Of a stretch of DNA of 44,904 nt, positions 27,159 to 36,660 are shown piece by piece; the stretch's first letter is position 1; each line of letters opens with the position of its first letter. Both the position numbers and the translations under genes were made by a program. Below the pieces are notes generated by a model that saw only the letters and a program-made list of their open reading frames with translations, was not told the DNA's origin and did not search any database. Source of the stretch: a virus (Duplodnaviria; Caudoviricetes); IMG/VR virus record IMGVR_UViG_3300016662_000082, positions 1-44,904 of that record. One strand, given 5' to 3'.

Positions 27159-27814
27159 TAGGCTTTGATCTCCAATGGTTTGAAGGTTCCGCCGATGCTG
27201 CTTTCACCAAAACCGGCATGGCGACATTGAATTCCTGTATCAACATAAATTTTGTAACCGTGGTTTCTTGCGTGTTTGCAGAATGTGAAGTCTTCGCTTG
27301 TTCTTTCAAGATGGGGCAAATCAGTCCTGTCACAACGCCATTCAAACCAACGGCAACGGGCACTTAAAGGTTGAAGGCTATTGAGGACATCACGATGAAT
27401 AAGAAGGCAACCAGCACCCACATAATCGACTTCAATTAGGTCAGGAGCATTGAATTCTCTTATCCATTGAGGTCCGTGTTCTGAATCACGAAGCATGACA
27501 GGAACAATTGGCTCGTATCTTCTGTAATACAAACCGCTTACAATAGGTTTTTTATGATTTAGAAGCCTCATAACGGCATCTGGTGGAGGAATAACATCAT
27601 CATCAAGAAAAAAGAGCCATTCCCAACCTAATTCAAGGAGTTTTTGACAACCTGTGTTTCGTGCATGGTCGAAGGGCATACCGGAAAGTCCGGTTATTGC
27701 CCCCGGAATTTGCAGATTTCTTAGACCAAATGCCCAAGCAACACTTGCCGATTCTCTTGTTAATATGCAGCAAAGAACTCTATTTTGATTGATTAGTTCC
27801 CATGATCCCGGCAT
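27158..27814 (-). CDS. Glycosyltransferase family 2-like (GT-A)
   Basis: ARN, FFLDDD, VSGLY, GAGCLLI, SEDFTFC, CRH. Confidence 0.85.
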   Translation of the reverse strand: MPGSWELINQNRVLCCILTRESASVAWAFGLRNLQIPGAITGLSGMPFDHARNTGCQKLLELGWEWLFFLDDDVIPPPDAVMRLLNHKKPIVSGLYYRRYEPIVPVMLRDSEHGPQWIREFNAPDLIEVDYVGAGCLLIHRDVLNSLQPLSARCRWFEWRCDRTDLPHLERTSEDFTFCKHARNHGYKIYVDTGIQCRHAGFGESSIGGTFKPLEIKA

Positions 27815-27835
27815 TTTTTATGGCCCAATATTATT

Positions 27836-27863
27836 TTGACAATGTTGTCATTTGTATTATAAT
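27836..27863 (+). promoter_or_regulatory. Consensus sigma70 promoter with an overlapping palindrome
   Basis: TTGACA-N16-TATAAT, 5 nt before ATG 27869; TGACAA-TG-TTGTCA inverted repeat at 27837-27850. Confidence 0.65.
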
Positions 27864-27868
27864 AGGAT

Positions 27869-29101
27869 ATGAGCAATTTTCAAAAAATTTATACCGCATC
27901 AAATCAACCTAAATTTCAAAAGGTGGGTTCCATGAACGAAATTGTGGCTCTTGATGAACGCATTCAAAACGCAATGAATGCGATTAAGAATTTAGAAGAC
28001 GCATTTCTCGAAATCCAACAACCAAGGACTGCATATGTTCTTGAAAAGTTTGTCGTAGGTCAGCATGACACCATCGAATCGCAATACGCACAATGTGTTT
28101 TGGAAATGCAAATCAAATATGACAATCTTCGTCGTGCAAAACTGAATAAAAGAAAGATTGAAATAAAGATCAAGGAAGCCGAAGATAAAAACACGGAACT
28201 CGATCAAATTGAAGCAGATTTAATGCGTATTGATCTTGAAGAACAAGATCGTGCCGTTTTGGGCGCACTTCGTGAATTTGAGGCATTGTATAAAATTTGG
28301 CAAAGTTTCCCCAAGAAGTTTACCCGTGCTGAACTTGATGCGGGACAGGAGCAATATTGGCGATTGAGGCTTGCTCGTCAGGCTCAACAAGACCTACAAG
28401 CAACAGGAAGAATTGGTGTTGGAAATAATGAGGCATTGCGTCAAATCGGGCTTACAGGAACGCCTCAACTTGATCATGTGCGTGAAGTTGAAAAAAAGTA
28501 TCTTGAAGTTGGTGATGTTAAGGTTTTGATCTGCGTTCCAACTAGAGAAAAAGCTGAAAAACTGCCTGTCCTTGAAAACTTGGCAATTCCTTCAGGAGTA
28601 CAAGTAAAATTTCTAAATGTATTTGGAAGGACTACTGCTGAAGCCTATAACGAGGCAATTCAAACTGCCTTGAATGATGGCGCTGATTTTCTTCTTACAG
28701 TTGAGGATGATACTTTCCCACCACCTGATGCTTTTCAAAAGATTGTGACAAGGTACAGAGAATTAGGTGATCCTAAAGTTGTTTTGGGTGGTTATTATGT
28801 GAAGAAGACACCATATCCTGAGGGTGTTCATATTCACATTGTCGCAGGAAAGCGTCAGGCATTGACATTGCCCCCCAATGATACTGCAGTCCATGAGGTT
28901 TACACGATTGCACAAGGATTCACCTTGTTCCCCATGGAGGCATTCCTGCAAACGGAATATCCTTGGACTGTAACAACACCGCATCTTACTCAAGACAGCT
29001 TCCTGTCTCAAAAATTGCGGGAAAAGGGCTGGAGATTGCTTGTTGATGCAAGCATTCGATGCAAGCATCTTGATGTGAATACTGGCAAAGTTTATGAATA
29101 A
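27869..29101 (+). CDS. Coiled-coil domain fused to a GT2-like glycosyltransferase
   Basis: N-terminal ~210 aa helical (FVVGQHDT...YAQCVLE); C-terminal ICVPTR, TVEDD, GGYY, QGFTL, QDSFL, CKH. Confidence 0.75.
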   Translation: MSNFQKIYTASNQPKFQKVGSMNEIVALDERIQNAMNAIKNLEDAFLEIQQPRTAYVLEKFVVGQHDTIESQYAQCVLEMQIKYDNLRRAKLNKRKIEIKIKEAEDKNTELDQIEADLMRIDLEEQDRAVLGALREFEALYKIWQSFPKKFTRAELDAGQEQYWRLRLARQAQQDLQATGRIGVGNNEALRQIGLTGTPQLDHVREVEKKYLEVGDVKVLICVPTREKAEKLPVLENLAIPSGVQVKFLNVFGRTTAEAYNEAIQTALNDGADFLLTVEDDTFPPPDAFQKIVTRYRELGDPKVVLGGYYVKKTPYPEGVHIHIVAGKRQALTLPPNDTAVHEVYTIAQGFTLFPMEAFLQTEYPWTVTTPHLTQDSFLSQKLREKGWRLLVDASIRCKHLDVNTGKVYE

Positions 29102-29684
29102 GATTAAATGTGAGTTGGTGTTTCCAACCACAATTTTCTTTTCTGACTTATCTGATTCATATCGTGAAGAACTGATTGATTATACTCGCTATTGTCAAGC
29201 TGTTGATCCATCTGGTGTTCAAAAAACGAACATGGGAGGTGGCTGGCAAAGCAAAGACAATTGGTTGGATAATTCTGTTTGTAGTCGTTTGAAAAACGAC
29301 TTACAAAATCTAGTCAATGAAGTTTGTGGTTCTTTGCAAATTTCAGAAAAAATGAAAATATATAATTCTTGGGTCAATGTTAATCCGTCTGGCGGATACA
29401 ATGTTGCACATACTCATCCAAGAAATTACTTATCTGGATGTTATTACTTACAAACACCTGAAAATTGTGGCAATATAGTTTTTTATTCGCCATTACACGC
29501 AAAAGAAATGCTTGATGCTCATTATGGACAAATGACTGCAACTACTGCAAATCACTTAATTTACCCTGCTGTTGCTGGAAGAGTGTATTTGTTCCCTTCT
29601 TGGTTGCAGCATAGTGTTGAGCAAAACCGATCCGATCAGGATCGAATCAGCATGAGTTTTAATGTGTTTTTTGAGAAATTTTAA
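29094..29684 (+). CDS. 2OG-Fe(II) oxygenase (TIGR02466-like)
   Basis: VFPT, GGWQS, WVNVN, HTHP, SGCYY, FPSWLQHSV, RISMSFN. Confidence 0.9.
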   Translation: MNKIKCELVFPTTIFFSDLSDSYREELIDYTRYCQAVDPSGVQKTNMGGGWQSKDNWLDNSVCSRLKNDLQNLVNEVCGSLQISEKMKIYNSWVNVNPSGGYNVAHTHPRNYLSGCYYLQTPENCGNIVFYSPLHAKEMLDAHYGQMTATTANHLIYPAVAGRVYLFPSWLQHSVEQNRSDQDRISMSFNVFFEKF

Positions 29685-32600
29685 CGCATATCGTAAGGCA
29701 AAGTGCCTTGGAATCCGCTTCTAATCATCATTGGGCTTGGCATCACGAATAAGCCACCGCTCATCGCTATTCCAATTTGCTGTTGCATATCACCTGAGAG
29801 GAATGGTGCGCCTGAAGCTGCTCCTCCCATGAATCCGCTTCTGTTAACAATGAAACCACCTGATCCTACATAAAGTGGTTGACCTTGGAATCCTGATGCA
29901 ACTTGACCTGAAACAGTTTGCCCAACATATCCATAGTAGAAAACCCTGCCAGTTGTTCCACTTAGAATTGCACCGCTTGTTACACCAATTGCAGGAAGTC
30001 TCAATCCACTTGCTCTTTCTGCTCTTCTGACGAAATTACCAGAAGTCATACAAACTGCTTTTATTCCAGAAATCAGTTCTCCAGCACGGAAATAATCAAA
30101 CATTGGTCTGTTAGTGTTTATTTGCGCTGTTTCTGCTAGGTTATAAGGGAATCCTGCATTTTGTCCGCTTGCGGTGACAAGAGAAATTGTACCAGAAGCT
30201 AGTGTGCTGCTGGTAAGGTATACTTCATTTGAGACTCTAGCTTGAGGAGAATTATTGGGTGAAGTGCCACCATCGACACCACCATAATTATATCTTAATT
30301 GATTTAAGTTGGCGAGTGGTTGAGAAGAACTGGTGTCTGTTGAATATGTGATTTTGTCAGTTGTTGTTGCAGACTGACCATTAGAAAAGAAACCTTTTGT
30401 TGATCCTTCAGTTACTCCAGCAAGGGGTATTCTTGCTTGGGTTAGGTCAGCAGAAGTTTGTGCAGCAGTAGTATCATTTGTATATGTTATTTTATCTGTA
30501 GTGGCGACATTAGCACCGCTGTTTCCACCCGCAAAATAACCTTTAGTACCTTCACCAGAGCAGCCTCCCAATAACTGTCTTGCTTGACTAAGATTCGCAG
30601 AAGTTTGAGCAGCGGTGGTATTGGTAGCAAATGTTATCAAATCTGTAGTGGCTGTAACTGCACTTGAAAGACCGCCAGCAAAATAACCTTTTGTCAATCC
30701 CTCAGATGCACTAGCTAAACGATATCGTGCCACGCTTAAATTAGCAGTTGTTTGTGCAGTAGATGTATCTGTGGCATATGTTAATATTTCTGCCGTTACC
30801 TGTGTTGAATTATTAAACCCACCAGCAAAACAACCTTTCGTAGACCCGTTTGAAACTGCTGCCAATTGGGATCGTTGTTGGCTTAAATTAGCACTTGTTG
30901 TCGCAACAGAGGAATCAGATGAATAAGTAATCTTATCTGTGACTTCAGTATAGCCTCCTGAAGTTCCGCCACCTCCCATGTAGCCTTTAGTTCCTTCACC
31001 TGAACATCCAGCACAGCCATTTCGACTTTGGCTTAGGTTAGCACTCGATTGTGCGACTGTGGTTTCTACTGAGTAAATTATTTTATCTGTTGTATTAACA
31101 AATGCCGTCGTTCCCGTTTGTCCTCCAGCAAAATAACCGGCTTTTGCGGTTGTGCCATTAAATATCCAATTCAAATGATACTGATCAATTTGACCGCTTC
31201 CAATATTCACATATTGAGTCACATTTCCAAAAACTGTTGGGAAGTTGAGTACACCGCTTCCAATATTTCCTGAAAGTATTGTGCCGTTTGCAAAATGAAC
31301 TCTTGCTACTTCACCTGATTGGATGTTTCCACTTCTAACGCCAGCGTTTGAGAAGTTATTTGTGGTCGCATCACTAAATACAACTCCTGAAACGATGCTG
31401 CCGCTTAATACCGCACCAGATGCCATGTTGGTTGATCTGATTTCATTAGCGGCGGTTGTGGTAAGTTTACCAGAAGTAACGACTATATTTCCAGAAAAAA
31501 TTGGTTGAGCACCAGCATCAATACCAGCTACATAGCCACGACTTTGACTAAGATTTGCTGTGGATGTTGCTGATCCAAAACCCGTTGTCAAATCGATTTT
31601 ATCTGTTACATTTGTTTGGATGTTAGTTGAAGTTTCACCACCAGCTACATAACCAACACTTGTGCTTGGATTAGATGATCCTCCACCACCTGCTCTTACG
31701 CTTGATAGATTTGCTGAAGTTGAACTAATTGCTTCATTTGATAAATCAATTCTATATCCATTATTTGTAAAACTTGATCTATTAGTGGTTCCTCCTAAAA
31801 ACCATCCTAATGAATTGTTAGAAACACTCGACATTCCGGCTCTTGCTGCGGAAAGATTTGCAAAAAACGATGTTGTATCAGTAGAAAATATAATTTTGTC
31901 TATTGTTGTTTGTTCACCACTTAGGCTTATATTTCCTTGTGTGGTGCCTCCAAACCAATATCCAGCAGAAGACTTATTTGAAACTCCTCCCATATAGGCT
32001 CTTGCAACACTTAGTACAGCGGTCGCAATAGATGATGTGGTATCAGATGAAAACAAAAGTTTATCTGTAGTTGTCACCATTGCTCCAGCAACGGTGGTTG
32101 CACCACCGCCCAAATATCCAGCAGACCCAGAACCATTTAGTGCCGTTGGGTTTCTGTTTGATGTTATGTTGGCTGTTGTAAGTGCCGATGAAATATCAGT
32201 CGTGTATGTAATTGCATCTGTTCTATTGGACATGCTTGCTGCTTCACCGCCGCAAATATAACCTTTCGTGCTGCTTCCAATAGTTCCGCCAGCATTTTGT
32301 CTGTTGACACTCAAGGATTGTCCGGTTGCTGTGCTTGTATCATTGGCATAATTGATTTTATCAACTGTTCCAACAGCAGCACCAAAAGTTCCTGTAGTTC
32401 CTCCTGCAAAATATCCAATATTTCTATTGGTATTAGTAAAAGACATATTTGTTGAGAGAATTGAATTTGTATTAAACATGAAGGCAGTAATGCCTCCAGA
32501 CACATAAAATGCAGTTGGTTGTTGCCAAACTCCATCCGCAAGATTTACACCCGTGACGCTTTGTAATGCAAAGTTACCCGAAGCTAATGCTACATCTGCG

Positions 32601-35600
32601 AAATTATTTGCTACTGTTGCATTAGCTCCAACCATGTTGAATATGACTGTTCCGCTTGGAACTGCTCCGCTTGTAACGGATGAGTTTGCGGGATGGAAGT
32701 TGCCAATTACGCCGCTTGCAATTGCGCCACTAAGGACAGATGAATCAGCAAAAGGAGTAAATAATATCACACCTGATGCGATGTTTCCACTTACTACGAT
32801 TCCGCTTGCGAGTTTGAACGCACCTACTGCTGCTCCACTTGCTAGTTGTGCAGCTAAGATTGATCCGCTTGATATATTAAATGATTGAAGTGCTCCGCTG
32901 CTTAGATTGATGCTCGTAATTGTACCGCTCAAAATATTTCCGCTAGAAATTGCATTGTTACCAAATGAACCGCTTTGAATAGCACCTGAAGCCAAATTTG
33001 TAGTGTTTATAGCGCCGCTGTTGCTGATGTTGCCGCTCGAAATGGCATTGTTGGAAAAGGCGAATGTTACTAAATTTCCGCTTCTTATCGCATTAGAAAA
33101 AATAGATTGATTTGATAAATGAAATCTTGAAATTATACCAGAAGCAATATTTCCACTTAATGCCGAATTATCTCCAAACATTCCGCTCGTTATTGATCCT
33201 GAACTAAATACGAGATTAAGTCCTCCCCCGCTTTGAAAAGTTCCTGAAATGAAATGTAGCCATCCTATTTCACTTTGGCTTACACTTCCTGAATATACAG
33301 AATTGTTACCGAATTCTGTAGTAAATTCTTGTCCAGCAGCGGCTAGTCTATATCTCGATTGACTTAGATTAGCACTTGCTTGTGCTGAAGTAGTATCGCT
33401 AGAATATGTTATTTTATCTGTTGTGGCGACTCTAGCTGCTGTAAATCCACCAGCAGCATATCCTTTTGTAGCACCTTCGGATAGTCCAGCCATTTCTGAT
33501 CTTGCTTGAGTTAAATTAGCACTAGTAGAAGCTGCCGTAGTATCAGTAGGATATGTGATTTTGTCAGTTGTGCTGTAAAATGTAGACTCAAATGTTGAAC
33601 TGCCGCCCGCAAAATATCCTGCAAGCCCATTTCCAGACATTCCTGATAAATTTCCTCTTGCTTGACTCAAGTTGGCAGTAGTTTGTGCGGCAGTTGTATC
33701 AGTAGCATAAGTAATTGTCTCGGATGTATTTACTCCATTTGATACAATACCTCCAGCAAAATACCCTTTGCTTACTCCTTCAGTTACGCTATCTAATCCA
33801 TATCTTGCTTGACTTAAGTAATATGTAGTTTGAGATGTTTGTGTATTTGTAGAGTATGTTATTTTTTCTGTAGCATCGGTAACTACTGTTGTATTGCTAT
33901 TTAACGAACCACCAGCAATATATCCTTTTGTACCTTCGCCTGAACAACCAGCGGCAAAAATTCTAGGAAGAGCTAAATTAGCGCTTGTTGAAGTAGCAAT
34001 TGTGTCTAGAGCGTAAATGAATGTTTCAGCAGTCGATAGGACTGCTGATCCCGTTGATCCACCAAAAAAATAGCCTTTAACATATCCTTCAGTTACCCCT
34101 GTTAAACCACTTCTTGCTTGATTTAAGCTTGCTGTTGCTAAAAGAGCAGTCGTATCAGTAGAGTAAATTAGCTTGTCTATGGTGGATACGACTGCGTTTC
34201 CGGCTGTTGTTGTCCCACCTGCAAAATATCCTTGTGTTCCGCCTCTTATGGTGTGGTTTAGTAAAACACCTACATCAAAATAACTAATGTGATTATTGTT
34301 TATTTGACCACTTCCTATGTTGCCGCTATTGACTGCATCATCACCAATATTTCCAGATTTAACTAAACCGCTAGTCGGGTATGAAAATCCGAAATGTACA
34401 GAGCCAATTTCTCCTGAAGAAATATTACCAGAGTTAACGCAAGAATTACCAAATACCGTGCTGTATTCTTCTCCAGCAGCGGCTAATCCAACTCTAGCTT
34501 GACTCAAATTCGCTGTCGTTTGAGCTGATGTTATGTCATTGGAAAATAATAACTTATCTGTCGTAGCTACATTAGCACCGGTGTAGCCACCGGCAAAATA
34601 ACCTTTGGATGATCCATCCGAAATTCCTGATAAACCATATCTTGCTTGAGTTAAATTGGCTGATGTCTTGGTAGAAGTAATATCAGTTGAGAAAATTAAA
34701 ATGTATGACGATGATACATTAGTGCTAGCTCCGGTTATGCCTCCGGCAAAATAACCTTTTGTTTGACATTCTGAGACTGATGCTAAGTAACCTGTGCCAA
34801 TACTTAAATTAGCACTAGTCTGAGCATTAGTCGTATCTGTAGAGTAAGTTACTTTATCCGCAGTCGATACTTTAGCAGACCCCACATTGGTAACGCCACC
34901 GACATAATATCCTTTACTTCTATCGCCAGAACAACCGGCTAATCCAACTCTACCTTGACTAAGATTAGCTGTTGTTTGTGCAGCAGTCGTATTGTTGCTA
35001 AATGTAATTTTATCAGTTAGCTGCACAGTATATGTGCCACCAGCAAAATAACCTTTAGTCGAGCCTTCGGTAATACCAGCAGTATTTCTTGCTTGGCTTA
35101 AATCTGAAGATGAATTGTAACTTGTAATTTCTGAAGAATAATTTATTATATCTGTCGTTTTTACTAAACCAGTAGTCGCATCACCGCCAGCAAAATATCC
35201 CTTATTCCCTTCACCGGAACAACCAGCCAGACTTCTCCTCGGTTGACTAAGATTTGCTGAAGTTTGTGCTACAGTTGTTTCTGTCGAATATGTTAATTTG
35301 TCCGCTGTTGCAACAAGGTTGTAGATTCCCGTATCACCGCCAGCAAAAAACCCCTTAGTTCCACCGGCGGTCAGTTTAACAGTAGCGTCATTCAAAAAGG
35401 CTAGTAGCGGGCTAACAACTGAATACTGATTAACAGAAGCTAGTCCTCCTCTTGCTTGACTCAAGTTAGCGGTTGTGGATGCATTGGTCGTATCATTTGA
35501 ATAATTGATTTTGTCTGCATTAGGAGAAAATACAAATCCTGTAGATAATCCCCCTGCCACAAATCCCTTGTTTATGCCTTGAGATACTCCAGTACTCTGA

Positions 35601-36649
35601 TAATGTGCATTTGTTAAATTAGCAGATGTTTGAGCAGTAACTACTTCTGTTGAATATATGATTTTATCTGCTGTTCCTAAAATATTGCCAGCGAAGTATC
35701 CACCTATGAAATAACCTTTTGCTGTTTCACCAGTAACACCAGATAAATATCCTCTATTTTGGCTAAGGGTGGCTACAGTTACACTAGATGTGGTATCATT
35801 GGAATATGTTATTCTATATACATCAGTTAATTCATTGCCGCCACTATCAAAACCACCAGCATAAAATCCTTTTGTACTTCCGTTTGTAACTGCCGCCAAT
35901 CCTAAAATGCCTATTGGTAAATCAGCGGTTGTTTGTGCCGCTGTTGTGTCATTAGAATATGCGATCCTATCAGAAGTAGTAAGTGCTGCACCTCCGCCAG
36001 TAAAATATCCTTTTGTTCCTTCGCCAGAACATCCGGCTAAATAACCTCTCGCTTGACTTAAATTAGATACAGTACTTGCAGAAGAAGTATCAGTTGCAAA
36101 CAATAATTTATCGGCGTTTACTGTATCCCCACTAACTCCATCATAACCTCCAGCCAGATATCCTTTAGTTGTATTTTCAGACACACCAGCTAAATTTATT
36201 CTTATTTGACTTAGATTTGCTGTTGTTTTTGCTATTGTTGTATCGTTTGAGAAATTTAGTTTATCTCCTGTTTGATATATGGCTAACGAGTCGCCGCCGG
36301 CGATAAAATATCCTGCTCCATCAATTGGCGATATGAAGTGAAATAATCCAATTTGTCCCGAAGCAATATTTCCACTTGTAACAGCATTATTTCCAATTAA
36401 ACCAGAAACAACCGTGCCGCTAGTTAAAACTAATGAACCACCTCCAATAACTCCGCTTGCTAATGAAAAAGCACTTATGCTTCCAGATGCAATATTTCCA
36501 CTAAAAATTGCATTATTGCCTATATTTCCGCTTGTAATGCTTCCAGAAGCGCCAGTAGATTGCCAAAATGTGCCATTCCAAGTCCAAGCATTAAAGCTGA
36601 ACTCATATCTTTGTCCAGATGAAGGTGAAGATGGAAAATTGATTGACAT
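29681..36649 (-). CDS. Giant fibre/adhesin: five six-bladed kelch-like propellers on a Ser-Gly repeat stalk
   Basis: 30 repeats of about 50 aa (KGYFAGG...DKITYSxDT...ANLSQAR) in five blocks of six, with IxSG repeat linkers; N- and C-termini shared with 36661..38904. Confidence 0.85.
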   Translation of the reverse strand: MSINFPSSPSSGQRYEFSFNAWTWNGTFWQSTGASGSITSGNIGNNAIFSGNIASGSISAFSLASGVIGGGSLVLTSGTVVSGLIGNNAVTSGNIASGQIGLFHFISPIDGAGYFIAGGDSLAIYQTGDKLNFSNDTTIAKTTANLSQIRINLAGVSENTTKGYLAGGYDGVSGDTVNADKLLFATDTSSASTVSNLSQARGYLAGCSGEGTKGYFTGGGAALTTSDRIAYSNDTTAAQTTADLPIGILGLAAVTNGSTKGFYAGGFDSGGNELTDVYRITYSNDTTSSVTVATLSQNRGYLSGVTGETAKGYFIGGYFAGNILGTADKIIYSTEVVTAQTSANLTNAHYQSTGVSQGINKGFVAGGLSTGFVFSPNADKINYSNDTTNASTTANLSQARGGLASVNQYSVVSPLLAFLNDATVKLTAGGTKGFFAGGDTGIYNLVATADKLTYSTETTVAQTSANLSQPRRSLAGCSGEGNKGYFAGGDATTGLVKTTDIINYSSEITSYNSSSDLSQARNTAGITEGSTKGYFAGGTYTVQLTDKITFSNNTTAAQTTANLSQGRVGLAGCSGDRSKGYYVGGVTNVGSAKVSTADKVTYSTDTTNAQTSANLSIGTGYLASVSECQTKGYFAGGITGASTNVSSSYILIFSTDITSTKTSANLTQARYGLSGISDGSSKGYFAGGYTGANVATTDKLLFSNDITSAQTTANLSQARVGLAAAGEEYSTVFGNSCVNSGNISSGEIGSVHFGFSYPTSGLVKSGNIGDDAVNSGNIGSGQINNNHISYFDVGVLLNHTIRGGTQGYFAGGTTTAGNAVVSTIDKLIYSTDTTALLATASLNQARSGLTGVTEGYVKGYFFGGSTGSAVLSTAETFIYALDTIATSTSANLALPRIFAAGCSGEGTKGYIAGGSLNSNTTVVTDATEKITYSTNTQTSQTTYYLSQARYGLDSVTEGVSKGYFAGGIVSNGVNTSETITYATDTTAAQTTANLSQARGNLSGMSGNGLAGYFAGGSSTFESTFYSTTDKITYPTDTTAASTSANLTQARSEMAGLSEGATKGYAAGGFTAARVATTDKITYSSDTTSAQASANLSQSRYRLAAAGQEFTTEFGNNSVYSGSVSQSEIGWLHFISGTFQSGGGLNLVFSSGSITSGMFGDNSALSGNIASGIISRFHLSNQSIFSNAIRSGNLVTFAFSNNAISSGNISNSGAINTTNLASGAIQSGSFGNNAISSGNILSGTITSINLSSGALQSFNISSGSILAAQLASGAAVGAFKLASGIVVSGNIASGVILFTPFADSSVLSGAIASGVIGNFHPANSSVTSGAVPSGTVIFNMVGANATVANNFADVALASGNFALQSVTGVNLADGVWQQPTAFYVSGGITAFMFNTNSILSTNMSFTNTNRNIGYFAGGTTGTFGAAVGTVDKINYANDTSTATGQSLSVNRQNAGGTIGSSTKGYICGGEAASMSNRTDAITYTTDISSALTTANITSNRNPTALNGSGSAGYLGGGATTVAGAMVTTTDKLLFSSDTTSSIATAVLSVARAYMGGVSNKSSAGYWFGGTTQGNISLSGEQTTIDKIIFSTDTTSFFANLSAARAGMSSVSNNSLGWFLGGTTNRSSFTNNGYRIDLSNEAISSTSANLSSVRAGGGGSSNPSTSVGYVAGGETSTNIQTNVTDKIDLTTGFGSATSTANLSQSRGYVAGIDAGAQPIFSGNIVVTSGKLTTTAANEIRSTNMASGAVLSGSIVSGVVFSDATTNNFSNAGVRSGNIQSGEVARVHFANGTILSGNIGSGVLNFPTVFGNVTQYVNIGSGQIDQYHLNWIFNGTTAKAGYFAGGQTGTTAFVNTTDKIIYSVETTVAQSSANLSQSRNGCAGCSGEGTKGYMGGGGTSGGYTEVTDKITYSSDSSVATTSANLSQQRSQLAAVSNGSTKGCFAGGFNNSTQVTAEILTYATDTSTAQTTANLSVARYRLASASEGLTKGYFAGGLSSAVTATTDLITFATNTTAAQTSANLSQARQLLGGCSGEGTKGYFAGGNSGANVATTDKITYTNDTTAAQTSADLTQARIPLAGVTEGSTKGFFSNGQSATTTDKITYSTDTSSSQPLANLNQLRYNYGGVDGGTSPNNSPQARVSNEVYLTSSTLASGTISLVTASGQNAGFPYNLAETAQINTNRPMFDYFRAGELISGIKAVCMTSGNFVRRAERASGLRLPAIGVTSGAILSGTTGRVFYYGYVGQTVSGQVASGFQGQPLYVGSGGFIVNRSGFMGGAASGAPFLSGDMQQQIGIAMSGGLFVMPSPMMIRSGFQGTLPYDMR

Positions 36650-36660
36650 TTTATAATCTC

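Noticed and set aside
3803-29101. Bacterial O-antigen or capsule locus (cellular origin for the window)
   Set aside because: The glycan genes are interleaved with gp32, UvsW, gp41-like and fibre genes and T4-type late promoters; no wzx/wzy or other cellular context.
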